Shown here: piece by piece, positions 62,496-64,000 of the stretch
How positions within the stretch are numbered: position 1 is the first letter of the stretch
Layout of the letters: every line of letters starts with the position of its first letter
Assembly: GCA_023954635.1 (NCBI GenBank)
Contig: JAGSHI010000004.1
Span: 1,028-65,027 of the forward strand
DNA length: 64,000 nt
Direction of reading: 5' to 3'
From: Bacteriovoracaceae bacterium
Lineage (GTDB): Bacteria > Bdellovibrionota > Bacteriovoracia > Bacteriovoracales > Bacteriovoracaceae
The notes under the pieces: model-generated
Seen by the model: only the letters and a program-made list of their open reading frames with translations
The model's database searches: none
What the model was told of the DNA's origin: nothing
Translations under genes and position numbers: made by a program

Positions 62496-63890
62496 ATGGG
62501 AAAAACGCTAATCAAAAATGGTCACATCTGGAGTGCACACGATGACTTTATCGGTGACATCCTAGTTGATGGCGATAAGATTGCTGCTGTTGGGAAGGAT
62601 CTCGACAAGGTTTATAGTGCGGATGAAACAATCGATGCATCTGGAATGTATGTCTTTCCTGGTGGCGTGGATGTTCACACTCACATGGAACTTCCTTTCA
62701 TGGGTACAAGTTCTGCAGATGATTTTGAAACAGGGACGCTTGCAGGTCTTCACGGTGGAACAACTTCAATCGTTGATTTTGCCATTCAGACACAAGGTAA
62801 CTCTTTAAGTGACTGTATCAATCACTGGCATGAAAAGGCCGGTAATAAAGCAGTTGGCGATTATGCTTTTCACTGTGCTGTAACAGACTTCAACGAGAAA
62901 ACGGCAAAAGAGATTCCTGGAATTATTGAAGGTGGGATTACTTCTTTTAAAACTTTCATGGCCTATAAAGGTGCCTTGATGATCGATGACAAAATGATGC
63001 TCGGTCTTATTAAGGATGTGAGAAAGCACGGTGGACTTGTAACTGTTCACGCTGAAAACGGTGACATTGTTGACTCAATGGTTGAGCATTATAAAAAAGA
63101 GGGAACACTTGATCCTAAGTATCATGCCCTTGCTCATCCACCTGAAGCTGAAGCTGAAGCCGCTGCTAGAGTTATGGACTTGGCCCATTATCACGATGCT
63201 CCAATCTATCTCGTTCACACTAGTTGTCGTCAATCTCTTGATAGAATGAAACAAAACTTTATGAGAGAGCAAAGAATTTTCATTGAAACATGTACTCAGT
63301 ACTTACTTCTTGATGATTCTGTTTACGATCAACCAAATTTTGAAGGTGCGAAATATGTAATGTCTCCTCCAATCAGAAAGAAAGATGATCAAACTGCTCT
63401 TTGGCACTCGTTGCAGTGTGGACATATTCACACAGTAGCTACTGATCACTGCCCATTTAATTTCTGTGGACAAAAGGACATGGGAAAAGATGACTTCTCA
63501 AAGATTCCTAATGGAGCAGCAGGAATTGAGCACAGACTTGAGCTTATATTTTCTGAAGGTGTGAAGAAGGGGAAAATCACAATGAATAGATTCGTTGAAG
63601 TGATGTGTTCTCAACCAGCTTCAATCTTTGGACTTCATAATAAGGGAACTCTTGGACTTGGAAAAGATGCCGATATCGTTATCTTAGATCCGAATAAAAA
63701 ACATTCTATTTCAGCTAAAACTCACCATCATAATGTTGATTCATCTATTTATGAAGGTTGGGAGTTAACTGGGAGAGTTAATACAGTACTTGCAAGAGGA
63801 AAAGTTGTTGTTCGTGATGAGAAAGCTGATCAAGTAGAGAAGGGACAAGGGCAATTTCAAAAACGTAATAAATTTAATTTTAGTTTATAA
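62496..63890 (+). CDS. dihydropyrimidinase / D-hydantoinase (cyclic amidohydrolase)
   Basis: GGVDVHTHMELPFMGT metal-binding motif, carboxylated-Lys context SFKTFMAYK, HAENGD and VATDHCPF motifs. Confidence 0.88.
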   Translation: MGKTLIKNGHIWSAHDDFIGDILVDGDKIAAVGKDLDKVYSADETIDASGMYVFPGGVDVHTHMELPFMGTSSADDFETGTLAGLHGGTTSIVDFAIQTQGNSLSDCINHWHEKAGNKAVGDYAFHCAVTDFNEKTAKEIPGIIEGGITSFKTFMAYKGALMIDDKMMLGLIKDVRKHGGLVTVHAENGDIVDSMVEHYKKEGTLDPKYHALAHPPEAEAEAAARVMDLAHYHDAPIYLVHTSCRQSLDRMKQNFMREQRIFIETCTQYLLLDDSVYDQPNFEGAKYVMSPPIRKKDDQTALWHSLQCGHIHTVATDHCPFNFCGQKDMGKDDFSKIPNGAAGIEHRLELIFSEGVKKGKITMNRFVEVMCSQPASIFGLHNKGTLGLGKDADIVILDPNKKHSISAKTHHHNVDSSIYEGWELTGRVNTVLARGKVVVRDEKADQVEKGQGQFQKRNKFNFSL

Positions 63891-63908
63891 GAAAAAAGGG
63901 AGCTTAAA

Positions 63909-64000
63909 ATGGCCAGAAATGTAAAATGTGGAATTATCCAACTTGGAAACAAGGTAGATACAGAAAAATCATGTGAAGAGCATAGACTAGGAATGATCGA
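63909..64000 (+). CDS. 5' end of a nitrilase-superfamily gene (beta-ureidopropionase / N-carbamoyl-amino-acid amidohydrolase-like), truncated by the window
   Basis: GGGAG RBS, MARNVKCGIIQLGNKVD... N-terminus. Position directly after the dihydropyrimidinase gene. Only 30 codons are visible. Confidence 0.4.
   Translation, partial: MARNVKCGIIQLGNKVDTEKSCEEHRLGMI

Noticed and set aside
1-64000. Search by eye for CRISPR arrays, tRNA/rRNA/tmRNA genes, IS elements, toxin-antitoxin pairs and known defence-system signatures.
   Set aside because: I saw no regularly spaced direct repeats, no tRNA-like T-loop/acceptor patterns in intergenic regions, and no transposase, integrase, nuclease-helicase or methyltransferase ORFs. 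This is a visual scan only, and a proper tRNAscan, Infernal and defence-finder run could still find something.

Overview
This is an AT-rich, densely coding bacterial chromosomal window with about 75 protein genes. By eye I found no rRNA, tRNA, CRISPR array, transposase or integrase. A large share of the ORFs are signal-peptide or lipoprotein hypotheticals. The gene content (Tad/Flp pilus locus, many secreted hydrolase-like proteins, low GC) resembles a marine Bdellovibrionota predator such as Halobacteriovorax/Bacteriovorax. That taxonomic guess is inference only.

Main blocks:
- (1) 44-853: a bfd-bfr iron-storage cassette. The bfd ORF is below the ORF-track size cutoff. A second, diverged bfd-bfr cassette lies at 45472-46252.
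- (2) 996-14250: mixed housekeeping and secreted genes. These include a CBS protein, a secreted transglutaminase-elicitor-like protein carrying a Pep-13-like motif, a GCS2-type ligase, beta-carbonic anhydrase, an NYN protein, a PDZ + beta-solenoid lipoprotein, mutM and a secreted GH1 glycosidase.
- (3) 14421-32114: a large, atypically organised Tad/Flp (type IVc) pilus locus, and the best candidate in the window for a non-canonical system. It has three Flp pilins (two are tandem 100-aa paralogs), tadV, secretin, cpaB, tadA, tadB, tadC, two TadE-like and one TadG-like pseudopilins, and an extra two-domain GspF/PilC-like platform protein. An AraC regulator and several uncharacterised membrane or outer-membrane proteins are embedded in it. 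No TadZ/CpaE or TadD homolog is recognisable.
- (4) 32111-38278: pterin dehydratase, SulP permease and an ECF sigma/anti-sigma pair.
- (5) 38290-43623: a czc-like heavy-metal RND operon whose periplasmic adaptor is only 184 aa and His-rich.
- (6) 43791-48984: an AidB-like acyl-CoA dehydrogenase and the second bfd-bfr cassette. Divergent from that cassette is a porin / FMN-binding (flavinylation motif) / 4-TM / NAD(P)-binding operon.
- (7) 49069-60739: miscellaneous genes. These include yebC, an SLT-like protein, a JmjC cupin, a DedA-like protein, HD-GYP, a YiiX-like protein, an HD protein, a matrixin-like protein with the catalytic Glu replaced by Ala, a ceramidase-like protein, a CDF transporter and a HIT protein.
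- (8) 60981-64000: a reductive pyrimidine catabolism cluster (mmsA, dihydropyrimidinase, start of a nitrilase-superfamily gene).

All functional calls come from motif and family recognition in the translated ORFs. No database search was run.
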